Positions 10,829 through 20,512 of a DNA stretch of 64,000 nt are shown one piece after another (within the stretch, counting starts at the first letter, position 1; each line of letters begins with the position of its first letter). The translations under genes were made by a program, and so were the position numbers. Below the pieces are notes generated by a model, which saw only the letters and a program-made list of their open reading frames with translations, ran no database searches and was not told where the DNA came from. Source of the DNA: Candidatus Cloacimonadales bacterium. Lineage in GTDB: Bacteria > Cloacimonadota > Cloacimonadia > Cloacimonadales > JAFGVF01. The stretch lies in the NCBI GenBank assembly GCA_963662585.1, contig OY759729.1, forward strand, positions 2,720,001-2,784,000, in the 5' to 3' direction.

Positions 10829-11392
10829 ATGAAAGATAATGAGCATTATAATCTAAATGATAGACTTGATTCTAAGTTAAAAGATAAATTACTGGAACTC
10901 AGTTTCTATACTGCTTGTGCAGGAACAATATCTATAGCTGAATCATTAATACCTAAGCCTTTTCCTTTTTTAAAGATTGGCTTATCAAATATCGTTATAA
11001 TGCTGTTAATTATGAAAAGAGAAGAGGTCTCTGCTATCTTAGTCTTATTAGGAAAGATAATATTATCTGGCTTGTTAGTAGGTACACTTTTAATGCCGAC
11101 AACTTTAATAGCCTTAGGAAGTGGCTTTGTTTCACTCTTAATAATGGCTTTTCTTGGTCGGATAAAATTTGGTCTTAGTTGGGTTGGAATTAGTATAATA
11201 GCTGCTGTTGCCCATAATTTAATGCAATTAGTTATTGTAAGAGCGATTATGATCTATTCAAATTCTCTATTTGAATTGATTCCGCTATTACTTATATTGG
11301 GAATTGGAACCGGGACTATTACCGGGATAATTGCAATTACCTTAAAACAACGCTTACCACGGAGCTTTAATGAAAAGAAAATATACGAGTAA
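10829..11392 (+). CDS. Gx transporter family / heptaprenyl diphosphate synthase component I-like membrane protein
   Basis: ES.IP.P.P.LKIGLSN and S...AV.HN..QL motifs; multiple TM helices. Confidence 0.75.
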   Translation: MKDNEHYNLNDRLDSKLKDKLLELSFYTACAGTISIAESLIPKPFPFLKIGLSNIVIMLLIMKREEVSAILVLLGKIILSGLLVGTLLMPTTLIALGSGFVSLLIMAFLGRIKFGLSWVGISIIAAVAHNLMQLVIVRAIMIYSNSLFELIPLLLILGIGTGTITGIIAITLKQRLPRSFNEKKIYE

Positions 11393-13658
11393 AGAGAAGA
11401 CAAAGTTTATTAGATTAGTACTATTCTATTTCTCGATACTGTGTGTTCTGGCAGTTGGAGTATCTTATGGTGTTTATTATATTTTTAAGATAAATACTAA
11501 TAATTTACCTTCTCCAGCAGAACTGATAAATTATGAGATATCTTTACCTTCCAAGGTTTATGATTGTAGGGGAGAGGTTATACATACCTTTGCCACAGAA
11601 CAGAGAGCTTTGGTTGAGTATAATGAATTACCTCAACACCTGAAAGATGCTATAACTTCGACTGAAGATAGAAACTTCTATACTCATTTTGGGATTGATG
11701 TACTAGGAACTCTTAGGGCTGCGATAACTAACCTAAAAAGGGGTTCCGCTTCTCAAGGAGCTTCCACTCTAACACAACAGCTTTCCCGAAATTTATTCCT
11801 CAGTCATGAGCGTTCTTGGATAAGGAAGATCAAGGAAGCAATGGTTACTCTTCTGATAGAAAAAGAATTTTCCAAAGAAGAGATTATGGAAATATACTTT
11901 AATAAAGTATATATCGGAGAGGGTGTTTACGGCGTTGGTAGAGCATCAAGTTATTATTTTGGTAAAGATGTTAAGGATTTATCAATTGCTGAAGCAGCAA
12001 CTTTAGTTGGTATGCTACAAAGACCGAATTATTTTAATCCTAGAAAAAGAGTGGAAAGAACTACTCAGAGGAGAAATTTAGTTCTTTCTAGAATGTATAA
12101 AACAAATAGTATTACTAAAGAAGAGTATAAAAGAGAGAAAGCAAAAGCATTAGTTTGTGTCGAGCGTGAATTTGATGAACTTAACTCATTTTATCTCTAT
12201 TATATTGGAAATGAGTTAGTAAAGAAATATGGTAAAAAAGCACTTTATGAAGATGGTTTATCTATACATCTTACTTTAGATTGGGATTTAACTCAATATG
12301 CAGATACTTTACTTAATAGACAATTAACCAAAATTGAAGACGAACTTGGATATGAGATTCGCTATTCCAACTATGATCCAAATGTTACAGATATTAAGAC
12401 TCCTTACATTCAAGGTGGGATATTTTTAGTAGATGCTCATTCTGGACATGTTAAAACTATGTTGGGTGGTCGCAACTTTAAGCATTCAAAATTGAATAGA
12501 ATTATGCAGTCAAGACGCCAAGTAGGTTCTTCTATAAAACCAATTCTCTATACTGCTGCCTTAGAAAATGGCTATACCCCTTCAACAGTGATCAGAGATG
12601 ATGACTTCCGAATTAGAATGTTTGGTTGGGATAGAATTCCTCATTTAGAAGATCTTCCTGATTCTCTATTGGCTGATTCAACCTATGTCGATTCTTTAAA
12701 GAAATTAGAGAAAAAGTACTTATATTCTCCTTCAAATTATACCAAAACTCAAGGTGGATATATTACTTTAAGAAAAGCTATTCGTAACTCTTTTAATATC
12801 TACGCAGTAAAAACAATGTATGATATCGGAAAAAGCACAGTAGCCCAAAAAGCAGATAAATTCGGGATAAGAGTCCCACCTTATTACTCTTCTGCTTTGG
12901 GAACTCCAGAGCTAAAACCAATTGATATGATAACAGCTTATACAGCATTTCCTAATCAAGGAAGAAGGGTAAAACCAATTTTTGTTGATAAAGTCTATGA
13001 TAAATATGGCAATCTGTTAGAATCATCTACAACCGAGACTATTCAAGTCTGTGAGCCTGATGTAGCTTATTTAATGTCAGATTTAATGACTTCAGTTACT
13101 AAACCAGGTGGTACTGCTGGTTCTTCTTTCCATAGTCCAGAAAATAGAGCTCTTTATCCATGGCCATCCGCTGGTAAAACTGGTACAACTGATGATTATA
13201 AAGATGCTTGGTTTATAGGTATGAATGGAAAATATGTTATTGGTATTTGGACTGGTTTTGATAATTATTCTGCACTAAGTGGAGATACTTTATTAGTGAA
13301 GTTTGATACTTTAGGACATAAGATAAATGGAATAGGTCATGGTGTTGGTGGTGGTTATGCTTGTGCTCCTATCGCTAGCAGAATATTATCTCGCTTGATA
13401 GTTAATGATAATGGAGGAAAAATGCCTCCTGCCAACGATGCTCGTTATTCTTTTAAAAGACCTGATAGTATAATAGAAGAGTACATTGATCCTGATACTG
13501 GTTTTAGAACACTAAATAGAAGTAAGGGAATAAAAGAAGTTTTCTCTAGACGCTTCCCTTTACCTCAACTACAACGCCCAGGATTGAAATACAACTTCCC
13601 TCCACTGTATAGATATGATGACCCTAATCCTATGATTGTCGATGAACTTAATAATTAG
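11370..13658 (+). CDS. class A penicillin-binding protein (PBP1A family)
   Basis: Transglycosylase EDRNFY.H.G, QGASTLTQQL, RKIKE; transpeptidase S-x-x-K (GSSIKP), SFN, KTGT. Confidence 0.92.
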   Translation: MKRKYTSKEKTKFIRLVLFYFSILCVLAVGVSYGVYYIFKINTNNLPSPAELINYEISLPSKVYDCRGEVIHTFATEQRALVEYNELPQHLKDAITSTEDRNFYTHFGIDVLGTLRAAITNLKRGSASQGASTLTQQLSRNLFLSHERSWIRKIKEAMVTLLIEKEFSKEEIMEIYFNKVYIGEGVYGVGRASSYYFGKDVKDLSIAEAATLVGMLQRPNYFNPRKRVERTTQRRNLVLSRMYKTNSITKEEYKREKAKALVCVEREFDELNSFYLYYIGNELVKKYGKKALYEDGLSIHLTLDWDLTQYADTLLNRQLTKIEDELGYEIRYSNYDPNVTDIKTPYIQGGIFLVDAHSGHVKTMLGGRNFKHSKLNRIMQSRRQVGSSIKPILYTAALENGYTPSTVIRDDDFRIRMFGWDRIPHLEDLPDSLLADSTYVDSLKKLEKKYLYSPSNYTKTQGGYITLRKAIRNSFNIYAVKTMYDIGKSTVAQKADKFGIRVPPYYSSALGTPELKPIDMITAYTAFPNQGRRVKPIFVDKVYDKYGNLLESSTTETIQVCEPDVAYLMSDLMTSVTKPGGTAGSSFHSPENRALYPWPSAGKTGTTDDYKDAWFIGMNGKYVIGIWTGFDNYSALSGDTLLVKFDTLGHKINGIGHGVGGGYACAPIASRILSRLIVNDNGGKMPPANDARYSFKRPDSIIEEYIDPDTGFRTLNRSKGIKEVFSRRFPLPQLQRPGLKYNFPPLYRYDDPNPMIVDELNN

Positions 13659-13667
13659 GAGTAGTTA

Positions 13668-14831
13668 ATGTTATCATCAATAATCATCTATATTACTTTA
13701 ATTGCAGGCTTTCTCTACTTCCTTCTTGCTGCAATATACTCTTGGTCCTTTCATCATATTAAACGAAAAAGAAGTTTTAAAAAGAGATTAGTTTCTGTAA
13801 TTATAGCTTGTAGAAATGAAGAAGATACTCTTCCTAGATTATTGACTTTGTTAGTGAATCAAACATACCCTAAAGAGTTGTTTGAAGTTATTATTGCTAA
13901 TGATGAATCCTCGGATTCAACTGAGGAAATTCTGAAAAGATTTTCAGCTAAATTTAAAGTGATTAACTACTTTAATGTAGTAGATAGAGAATTAGCAGTA
14001 AGTCCTAAAAAGAACGCACTTTCTCAAGCAATAGCTCAATCAAAAGGTGAAATATTACTTCTTACTGATGCAGATTGTTTTCCTAAAAGTACTTGGATTG
14101 AATCTATGGTCCAAGCTTTCACAGATGATATTTCTATGGTTGCAGGATATTCTTCAACAGAAATAGATTGGAAAAAAGCTTCTTTTGTTCAGAAATTTGA
14201 ACATATAGATCTTTTATGCCTCTACATCGGGTTAGCAGGTGGCTTTGCCATGGGTAAACAATTTACTGCCATAGGACAGAACTTAGCATATACCCGAAAA
14301 GCTTATGATCAAGTAGGGGGATTTACTAAAATAAATCACCTTGTCTCTGGTGATGATTGTAATTTCTTACAACTTGTTAGAAGAGAAGGTTTAAATATTA
14401 AATTCAATTTTGAAGAAGATAGCTTTGTGAAAACAAAAGCTATTCCCTCTTGGAAAAAACTATTTAATCAACATAGTCGCTGGTTTTCTAACCTTAAATT
14501 AATGCTTAAGGCCAACACAGAATTCTTTATAATACTAGCAATATTATTTATCTATTATGTTGGCATAGTAGCTACTCTTTTCATTGATTGGCGAATCTTC
14601 GTACTAGCCTTAGCTCTAAAGTTTGTAGGCGAGATGCAGATGTTTTATTTCTCTTATCCTGTTTTTAAAGTGCATAGGAGATTGATTTGGTTCTATCCAG
14701 TATGGATGGCGATTCAAACAGTATTTAATATTCTGACTATATTTATTGGTCAATTTAATTGGTTTGTATGGCATGGAAAAAAGCAAAAAATTGCAAAAAG
14801 GAATAATGATGAAGTATTTGATAGTAGATGA
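13668..14831 (+). CDS. glycosyltransferase family 2, membrane-bound
   Basis: VSVIIACRNEE, DESSD.T, LTDAD, GDD, QHSRW. Confidence 0.88.
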   Translation: MLSSIIIYITLIAGFLYFLLAAIYSWSFHHIKRKRSFKKRLVSVIIACRNEEDTLPRLLTLLVNQTYPKELFEVIIANDESSDSTEEILKRFSAKFKVINYFNVVDRELAVSPKKNALSQAIAQSKGEILLLTDADCFPKSTWIESMVQAFTDDISMVAGYSSTEIDWKKASFVQKFEHIDLLCLYIGLAGGFAMGKQFTAIGQNLAYTRKAYDQVGGFTKINHLVSGDDCNFLQLVRREGLNIKFNFEEDSFVKTKAIPSWKKLFNQHSRWFSNLKLMLKANTEFFIILAILFIYYVGIVATLFIDWRIFVLALALKFVGEMQMFYFSYPVFKVHRRLIWFYPVWMAIQTVFNILTIFIGQFNWFVWHGKKQKIAKRNNDEVFDSR

Positions 14832-15882
14832 TTTAGGATTAAATTTTTCAAGTATTGCCCCTTTGCGTTCTCAATTAGAAATCAAAGCAGGAATCTTAAA
14901 ATTAAGACAGAAGATTGAGGGCTATTTAGGTATCGAAGAAGTTAACCTAATTATTGATAGAAAATTAGAAGAAATTTATCAAGAAAGATACAGTGATAAA
15001 ACTATTAACGAACTAGCTCAGGGAGAAATCTGTTTTCTTAATGGTAGAATAAAGATAACTGAAGAGATAGCAGATATTATTATTGAGCAGGAAGTTAATT
15101 CTGTCTTAACTAATGAGAATAATGAATTTATATCTATAAAAATTATTAATCAAAATCCTACTCCTTGCGATAGTAATGAGTTTCTTAAAATGGATTTTTC
15201 AAAGCTAACTAAACGAATCAAAGATATTAAACTATGGACTTCTCTTGATGAAATAATCTTAGCAAATGGAGATTTAATTCAACAAGACTATACAGATTTT
15301 TTCTATGATAAAGATAACTATTCAGAAACAGAGCAGGGTGTAACAATTATTAACCCTTATAATGTCTGGATAGGTGAGGGAGCTGTTTTAAAACATGGAG
15401 TTGTGTTAGATGCTTCTAAAGGGCCTATTATTGTTGATGAAGAAGCGGTGATTGGACTCAATACAACAATTGAGGGACCTGCATATATTGGCAAAAAAAC
15501 TCTATTACAAGCTTCATCTTTGATTAGAGAAGGGACATCTATAGGTAAGTTGTCAGATATTGGTGGAGAAATAGTAGCCTCAGTAATTCAAGGATTCTCT
15601 ACCAAACCTTTTAAGGGAACTCTCAATAAATGCTATGTTGGCGAATGGACTAAATTTGAAGCTGGGATATCTATTGATTCTGACTTCTTTGATTCTGAAA
15701 GAGTTACGATTATTAGAGACTATTCTCTATCATTCCTCTTTAGTAATAGTTCTGCTGAAAATATTTGTCAATATCAGGAAATGAGAAAAACAAAATTAGA
15801 AGCCATGAAGTTTGACAGGAATGTTAAGTTCAGTAAAATAGAACACAAGCTTCTTAAACAATATTTAAATGAGGAAATTTAA
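14806..15882 (+). CDS. GlmU-like protein: putative sugar-nucleotidyltransferase N-terminus plus hexapeptide left-handed beta-helix
   Basis: E.K.GI..LRQK N-terminus; hexapeptide repeats VLDASKGPIIVDEEA..IEGPAYIG..IGGEI; start moved to ATG 14806. Confidence 0.65.
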   Translation: MMKYLIVDDLGLNFSSIAPLRSQLEIKAGILKLRQKIEGYLGIEEVNLIIDRKLEEIYQERYSDKTINELAQGEICFLNGRIKITEEIADIIIEQEVNSVLTNENNEFISIKIINQNPTPCDSNEFLKMDFSKLTKRIKDIKLWTSLDEIILANGDLIQQDYTDFFYDKDNYSETEQGVTIINPYNVWIGEGAVLKHGVVLDASKGPIIVDEEAVIGLNTTIEGPAYIGKKTLLQASSLIREGTSIGKLSDIGGEIVASVIQGFSTKPFKGTLNKCYVGEWTKFEAGISIDSDFFDSERVTIIRDYSLSFLFSNSSAENICQYQEMRKTKLEAMKFDRNVKFSKIEHKLLKQYLNEEI

Positions 15883-16745
15883 TGACAAAATATATAGAGA
15901 TTGAATTTAGATCAGGAAAGATTGCTTATATAAAAGTTGATCATGAATTAGAACTTAGACCTGATGATTCAATTATTATTGAGGTTGAACGAGGTATTGA
16001 TTTTTGTAATATATTAAGTACCTATATTCCTGAAGAACAAGTAGATAAACTGAAAAGTGAATACAAAGAGTATAAGTATGTTAGAATGGCAGAAGATAAT
16101 GATGTTAATGCTATAGAAATTATTCGAAGCAAAGAAGAAAAAGCAAGTGCAACATTCTTGGAAATCCTAACTAAATATGACTTTGATATGAAACTAATAA
16201 GTACAGTTTACCAATACGATGGTAATAAACTAACTTTTAATTTTACTGCTGATGGCAGAATTGATTTTAGATTGTTTGTACGAGAATTAGCTAATATTTT
16301 CAAAACCAGAATTGAACTTCACCAGACTACCGGAAGAGATGAAGCAAAACTGCTTGGTGGCTATGGTATGTGTGGGAAAGTATATTGCTGCGCATCTTTT
16401 ATGAGAAAGTTCAATCAAGTTACCATTAAAATGGCTAAAGATCAGAATTTAGCAGGTAATTTATCCAAAATATCAGGACCTTGTGGCAGATTATTATGTT
16501 GCCTACAATTCGAAGAAGACTACTATGAAGAGATTGCTAAAGACTTCCCTGTAATAGGGACTAAAGCTCTCTTATACAAGCAAATGTGGTATGTCTTTAA
16601 AAATGATTATTATAATAAGAAAGTTTATCTCTCTTCAGAAGACCAATCTATGGAAATAATTAGTTTGGAAGATTTTAAAAAACAAGCAAGAATAAAGTAT
16701 GTGCCAGATGACGACGACATTAGTTCAATCCCCGGAAGTTATTAA
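15882..16745 (+). CDS. ricT: PSP1-domain / RicT (YaaT) family protein
   Basis: FTADGRIDFR..VRELA..FKTRIEL, GG.G.CG..YCC, KISGPCGRLLCCL.FE. Confidence 0.85.
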   Translation: MTKYIEIEFRSGKIAYIKVDHELELRPDDSIIIEVERGIDFCNILSTYIPEEQVDKLKSEYKEYKYVRMAEDNDVNAIEIIRSKEEKASATFLEILTKYDFDMKLISTVYQYDGNKLTFNFTADGRIDFRLFVRELANIFKTRIELHQTTGRDEAKLLGGYGMCGKVYCCASFMRKFNQVTIKMAKDQNLAGNLSKISGPCGRLLCCLQFEEDYYEEIAKDFPVIGTKALLYKQMWYVFKNDYYNKKVYLSSEDQSMEIISLEDFKKQARIKYVPDDDDISSIPGSY

Positions 16746-17769
16746 CTTCTTAGACTTAACTCCTCAGCAATTTTATCAAGCTGTAAAGGATTTAGGTCAA
16801 AGCAAGTTTCGTGCTACTCAAATTTTAGACTGGGTCTATGCAAAAAATGTATATGATTTCCAAGAAATGTCTAATCTTTCCAAAGAATTACGAACCTTAA
16901 TTAAGCAAAGATTCCGTCTTTTCTTACCCAAGGTTAAAGAATCATATAAATCTGTTGATGGTTCAGTAAAATTTTTATTAGAATTGTGGGATAATAACCA
17001 TATTGAGATGATTCTTATGCCTTCAGAAAAGAGTGCAACACTATGCATCTCTTCCCAGGTTGGTTGTTCAAGAAAATGTAAATTCTGTGCTACAGGGAAA
17101 TTGGGTCTTACCCGAAACTTGCTAACTTCAGAGATTGTTGGTCAAATTCTTCTAGCTAAGAAATATATTAAAAATAGAAAACTAACCAATGTAGTCTTTA
17201 TGGGAATGGGTGAACCTCTTGATAATTATGAGAATGTTGTCCAAGCAGTTAGAATTATTACTGACGAAAAAGCAATTAATCTTAGCTCTCGTCGAGTAAC
17301 TATTTCAACATGTGGTGTTATTCCCAAAATTAAATTATTGGCCCATGAAGATATCAAAGTAAAATTAGCTGTCTCTCTGAATGCTGTTCTTGATAATAAA
17401 AGAGATGAGATAATGCCAATAAACAAGATATTTCCTCTTGCAGATTTGAAAAAAGCACTTTTGGATTTCAGACATGCTACTCCTTATAGAATTACTTTCG
17501 AATATGTAATGATTAAGAATTTTAATATCGGAAATGATGATGTTAGAGCACTCTTGAAATATCTTGGAGACCAATCATGTAAATTGAATTTAATTGCTTG
17601 GAATCCTGTAGAAGGAATTGAATATGAGGCTCCAAGCGAGAAGAATATCGAGGATTTCAAAGCAAAACTAACAACGCTTCAATGCCCTGTTATTCAACGC
17701 GATAGTAGAGGTAATGATATAAATGGAGCATGTGGTCAATTAGCTGGTGGATTATTAAATAAATCCTAA
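16699..17769 (+). CDS. rlmN: 23S rRNA/tRNA m2A methyltransferase RlmN
   Basis: LCISSQVGC...CKFCATG, VFMGMGEPLDN, ITFEYV, RG.DI.GACGQL. Confidence 0.95.
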   Translation: MCQMTTTLVQSPEVINFLDLTPQQFYQAVKDLGQSKFRATQILDWVYAKNVYDFQEMSNLSKELRTLIKQRFRLFLPKVKESYKSVDGSVKFLLELWDNNHIEMILMPSEKSATLCISSQVGCSRKCKFCATGKLGLTRNLLTSEIVGQILLAKKYIKNRKLTNVVFMGMGEPLDNYENVVQAVRIITDEKAINLSSRRVTISTCGVIPKIKLLAHEDIKVKLAVSLNAVLDNKRDEIMPINKIFPLADLKKALLDFRHATPYRITFEYVMIKNFNIGNDDVRALLKYLGDQSCKLNLIAWNPVEGIEYEAPSEKNIEDFKAKLTTLQCPVIQRDSRGNDINGACGQLAGGLLNKS

Positions 17770-17829
17770 AGATGCTTAAATCAAGGCAGATTAAACTAGA
17801 CAAATTAATTTTAGATGAGTGAGGAAAAA

Positions 17830-18624
17830 ATGGAAAATGTGAAAAATATTGCTTTAAAAGTTTTAAAAATTGCTGATCCTAAACCATGCAAATGTGGGGG
17901 AGAGCATCAAGTATGTTTAAATTGTAGAGTATGCAGAGCTAATGAAGAAGACAAATTAGCTACTGACTTTGATCATTTAGCTCAATACATCGATCACACA
18001 ATCTTAAAGCCTGAAGCAACTAAAGATGCTGTTAAAAAACTCTGTCAAGAAGCTGATTATTATCTCACTAAATCTGTTTGTGTAAATCCTGCTTTTGTAG
18101 AATTTGCTCATAAGAATCTCAAGAGAGTTTTAACCTGTTCAGTGGTGGGTTTCCCTCTATCAAATTCTCTAACCCAGACTATCCTAGCAGAGACTAAAGA
18201 AGCTATTGCAAATGGAGCCAAAGAGATTGATATGGTTATTAAAGCTGGTTGGTTGAAAGATAAAGAGTATGATAATATATTAACTGAGATTACTGCAATT
18301 TCACAAGCTTGCTCAGATAATGGCGCAATTTTGAAAGTTATTTTTGAAAACTGTCTCTTAACTGATGAAGAAATAGCAATTGCTGCTATTTTATCCAAAA
18401 AAGCAGGTGCTGAATTTGTTAAAACTTCCACAGGCTTTAACAAGAGTGGAGCAATATTGGAAGATGTAGAATTAATGAGAAGAGTAGTAGGACCAAAGTT
18501 AGGTGTAAAAGCTGCAGGTGGTATCAGAGATCGTGTTACTGCTAGAGCTATGCTTAAAGCAGGTGCAAATAGAATTGGCGCTAGTGCCACAGTAGAAATT
18601 TTGAAGGAAGAATATGAAGATTAA
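17830..18624 (+). CDS. deoC: deoxyribose-phosphate aldolase with a Cys-rich N-terminal extension
   Basis: IDHTILKP, GAKEIDMV, FVKTSTGF, VKAAGGIR, RIGAS; GAGG RBS before ATG 17830. Confidence 0.92.
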   Translation: MENVKNIALKVLKIADPKPCKCGGEHQVCLNCRVCRANEEDKLATDFDHLAQYIDHTILKPEATKDAVKKLCQEADYYLTKSVCVNPAFVEFAHKNLKRVLTCSVVGFPLSNSLTQTILAETKEAIANGAKEIDMVIKAGWLKDKEYDNILTEITAISQACSDNGAILKVIFENCLLTDEEIAIAAILSKKAGAEFVKTSTGFNKSGAILEDVELMRRVVGPKLGVKAAGGIRDRVTARAMLKAGANRIGASATVEILKEEYED

Positions 18625-19987
18625 TGTCGCTGGTTATAATATAGATAAAAGTTTGATAGATACCTTAGATAATATAAAAGCAACACCTGAGGTGATATCA
18701 GCTGCTTATGCTAGAATTAGTAGAAGTAAGAAGGATGTCACTTCCTTAAGAGAAGAAGCTCTATCTGAGGTCGAAAAAGCCAGAAAATCTAACAATAGTA
18801 TCATTTTTGAAATGGGGCATAGCTCCATAGCTGAACATGTGGTCTTTAATTTAGACATTTTAGATGTTTCCAGATACTTAACTGAATTCATTCAGAAATC
18901 AAGATTAGCTTCTTTTACCGAAAAATCTCAAAGGTATGTTACTTTAACTTCTGCTTATTATATTCCTCAAGAATTAACAGAATCTCAAAAAGAAGAGTAT
19001 ATTAACTTAATGGAATTTTTATTCTCAAGCTATGAAGAGATGTTTCAGATAGCAAAAAAACAGCTTATTAAAGAGAATTTTTCAGGTTCTCAAAGGGAAT
19101 TAGAAGGTAAGGCAAAAGAAGATGCTCGTTATATTCTTCCTTTATCTACTCAAACCCAAATGGGAGTAACTATCAATGCTAGAAGTTTAGAACGATTATT
19201 AAGAAGATTAGATGCCTGTGGTCTTTCAGAAGCTAAAGAACTTAAAAATATGATTGTAGAACAGGTAAAAGATATTGCTCCTTCAGTAATAAAATATACT
19301 GATGCTGAAGTTTATGAAAGATATAATAAGCATATTCCTGATTTTCCTAAAGTAAATAATAGATTCAATTGGCAACTTAATCATCATACTGATAACCCTG
19401 ATTTAAAGATTCTTGCCTATTATATTTTTGAAAACAGCGGTGAATCATTAGATAATATCGAAAAATATCTATCTTCATTATCATATCATGAATTAAAAGC
19501 AATGTTTAAATCGATTTTTGAAAATATGAAAGCCTATCATCTTCCGATTAAAGCTTTTGAATCTGCTGAATTTGAGTTTCAATTCAATATATCTTCAAGT
19601 TGCTACGCCCAACTCAAACGACATAGAATGGCAACAATCATAAAATCTCACTATGAAATAAAAAATGGTTTTGTTATACCTCCTCAATTAGAGTTTTTAA
19701 AACAAGCAAATAGATTCCAAGAGGCTAATGAAAAAATTGCTAAGTTATACTCTCAATTAGACAGTAGTATCGCGCCTTATGTTCTTACCAATGCTCATAG
19801 AGTAAGAGTTGTGATGAAGGCTAATCTGCGCGAATTATATCATTTCAGCAGACTAAGAAGTGATAGTCATGCTCAATGGGAAATTCAAGAATTATCTGAC
19901 TTCTTAATAGCAAAGATTCAAGAAGTTGCCCCTTTATCAGCTTCCTTGATGATGGGTAAAGATGAATTTAATAAAGTAGTTTTATAA
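18614..19987 (+). CDS. thyX: FAD-dependent thymidylate synthase, tandem (two-domain) ThyX type
   Basis: GHSSIAEH, EKSQRY, EDARYILP, QLKRHR, NLRELYHF..LR....AQWEI. Confidence 0.85.
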   Translation: MKINVAGYNIDKSLIDTLDNIKATPEVISAAYARISRSKKDVTSLREEALSEVEKARKSNNSIIFEMGHSSIAEHVVFNLDILDVSRYLTEFIQKSRLASFTEKSQRYVTLTSAYYIPQELTESQKEEYINLMEFLFSSYEEMFQIAKKQLIKENFSGSQRELEGKAKEDARYILPLSTQTQMGVTINARSLERLLRRLDACGLSEAKELKNMIVEQVKDIAPSVIKYTDAEVYERYNKHIPDFPKVNNRFNWQLNHHTDNPDLKILAYYIFENSGESLDNIEKYLSSLSYHELKAMFKSIFENMKAYHLPIKAFESAEFEFQFNISSSCYAQLKRHRMATIIKSHYEIKNGFVIPPQLEFLKQANRFQEANEKIAKLYSQLDSSIAPYVLTNAHRVRVVMKANLRELYHFSRLRSDSHAQWEIQELSDFLIAKIQEVAPLSASLMMGKDEFNKVVL

Positions 19988-20000
19988 AAAACTTTGTCTA

Positions 20001-20040
20001 GTCCCCTTTCAACTTTTAAGCTGAGAGGGGATTTTTTTTT
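20001..20040 (+). terminator. intrinsic terminator after thyX
   Basis: TCCCCTTTCA-loop-TGAGAGGGGA followed by a T run. Confidence 0.7.
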
Positions 20041-20086
20041 AGGCTCAATTAAAGTCTGCTAGAAATTATTTTTTGATATTAATTTG

Positions 20087-20311
20087 GGTTCTCTCTCAAG
20101 TAGAGTGGGAACTAAATATAATAGTAAATCAATAAACTTCAAAATCTTCTTAGCTGCAGAGGCAGCGACACAAAAAGCCTTAGATATGCCGATCCTCTCC
20201 AGCTGGTAGAATGCTGCATTTTTATAGTCCTGTATCTCTTGTGAAGTTAGCATACTTCCAAGATACTTTTATTATTTTTTTCCTAAGACCCACTTTACTT
20301 GAAAGAGTGCC
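20087..20311. mobile_element. MITE, 225 bp, with ~23-28-bp imperfect TIRs and an 8-bp target duplication TTAATTTG
   Basis: Ends GGTTCTCTCTCAAGTAGAGTGGG ... CCCACTTTACTTGAAAGAGTGCC; TTAATTTG at 20079-20086 and 20312-20319; second copy at 37262-37449. Confidence 0.88.
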
Positions 20312-20336
20312 TTAATTTGTATTTTTATCGCCTCTT

Positions 20337-20475
20337 TATATCAAAAAGATATTTTACTATATCAAAATGATATAGAATTTAAAAAGGAAATAGTTATAGA
20401 AAATTTAAAAATACTCATAAAGTTATATATAACAATAATATATGAAGATTGGAAAAGTTTGGAACAGTGAATGCA
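20337..20475 (+). promoter_or_regulatory. sigma54 (-24/-12) promoter with two upstream palindromic activator sites
   Basis: TGGAACAGTGAATGCA at 20460-20475 (GG-N10-GC); TATATC-N5-GATAT(T/A) at 20337-20353 and 20358-20374. Confidence 0.6.
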
Positions 20476-20512
20476 ATTAGTAACTGTAAGAAAATAAATT
20501 TCGGAGGATAAA

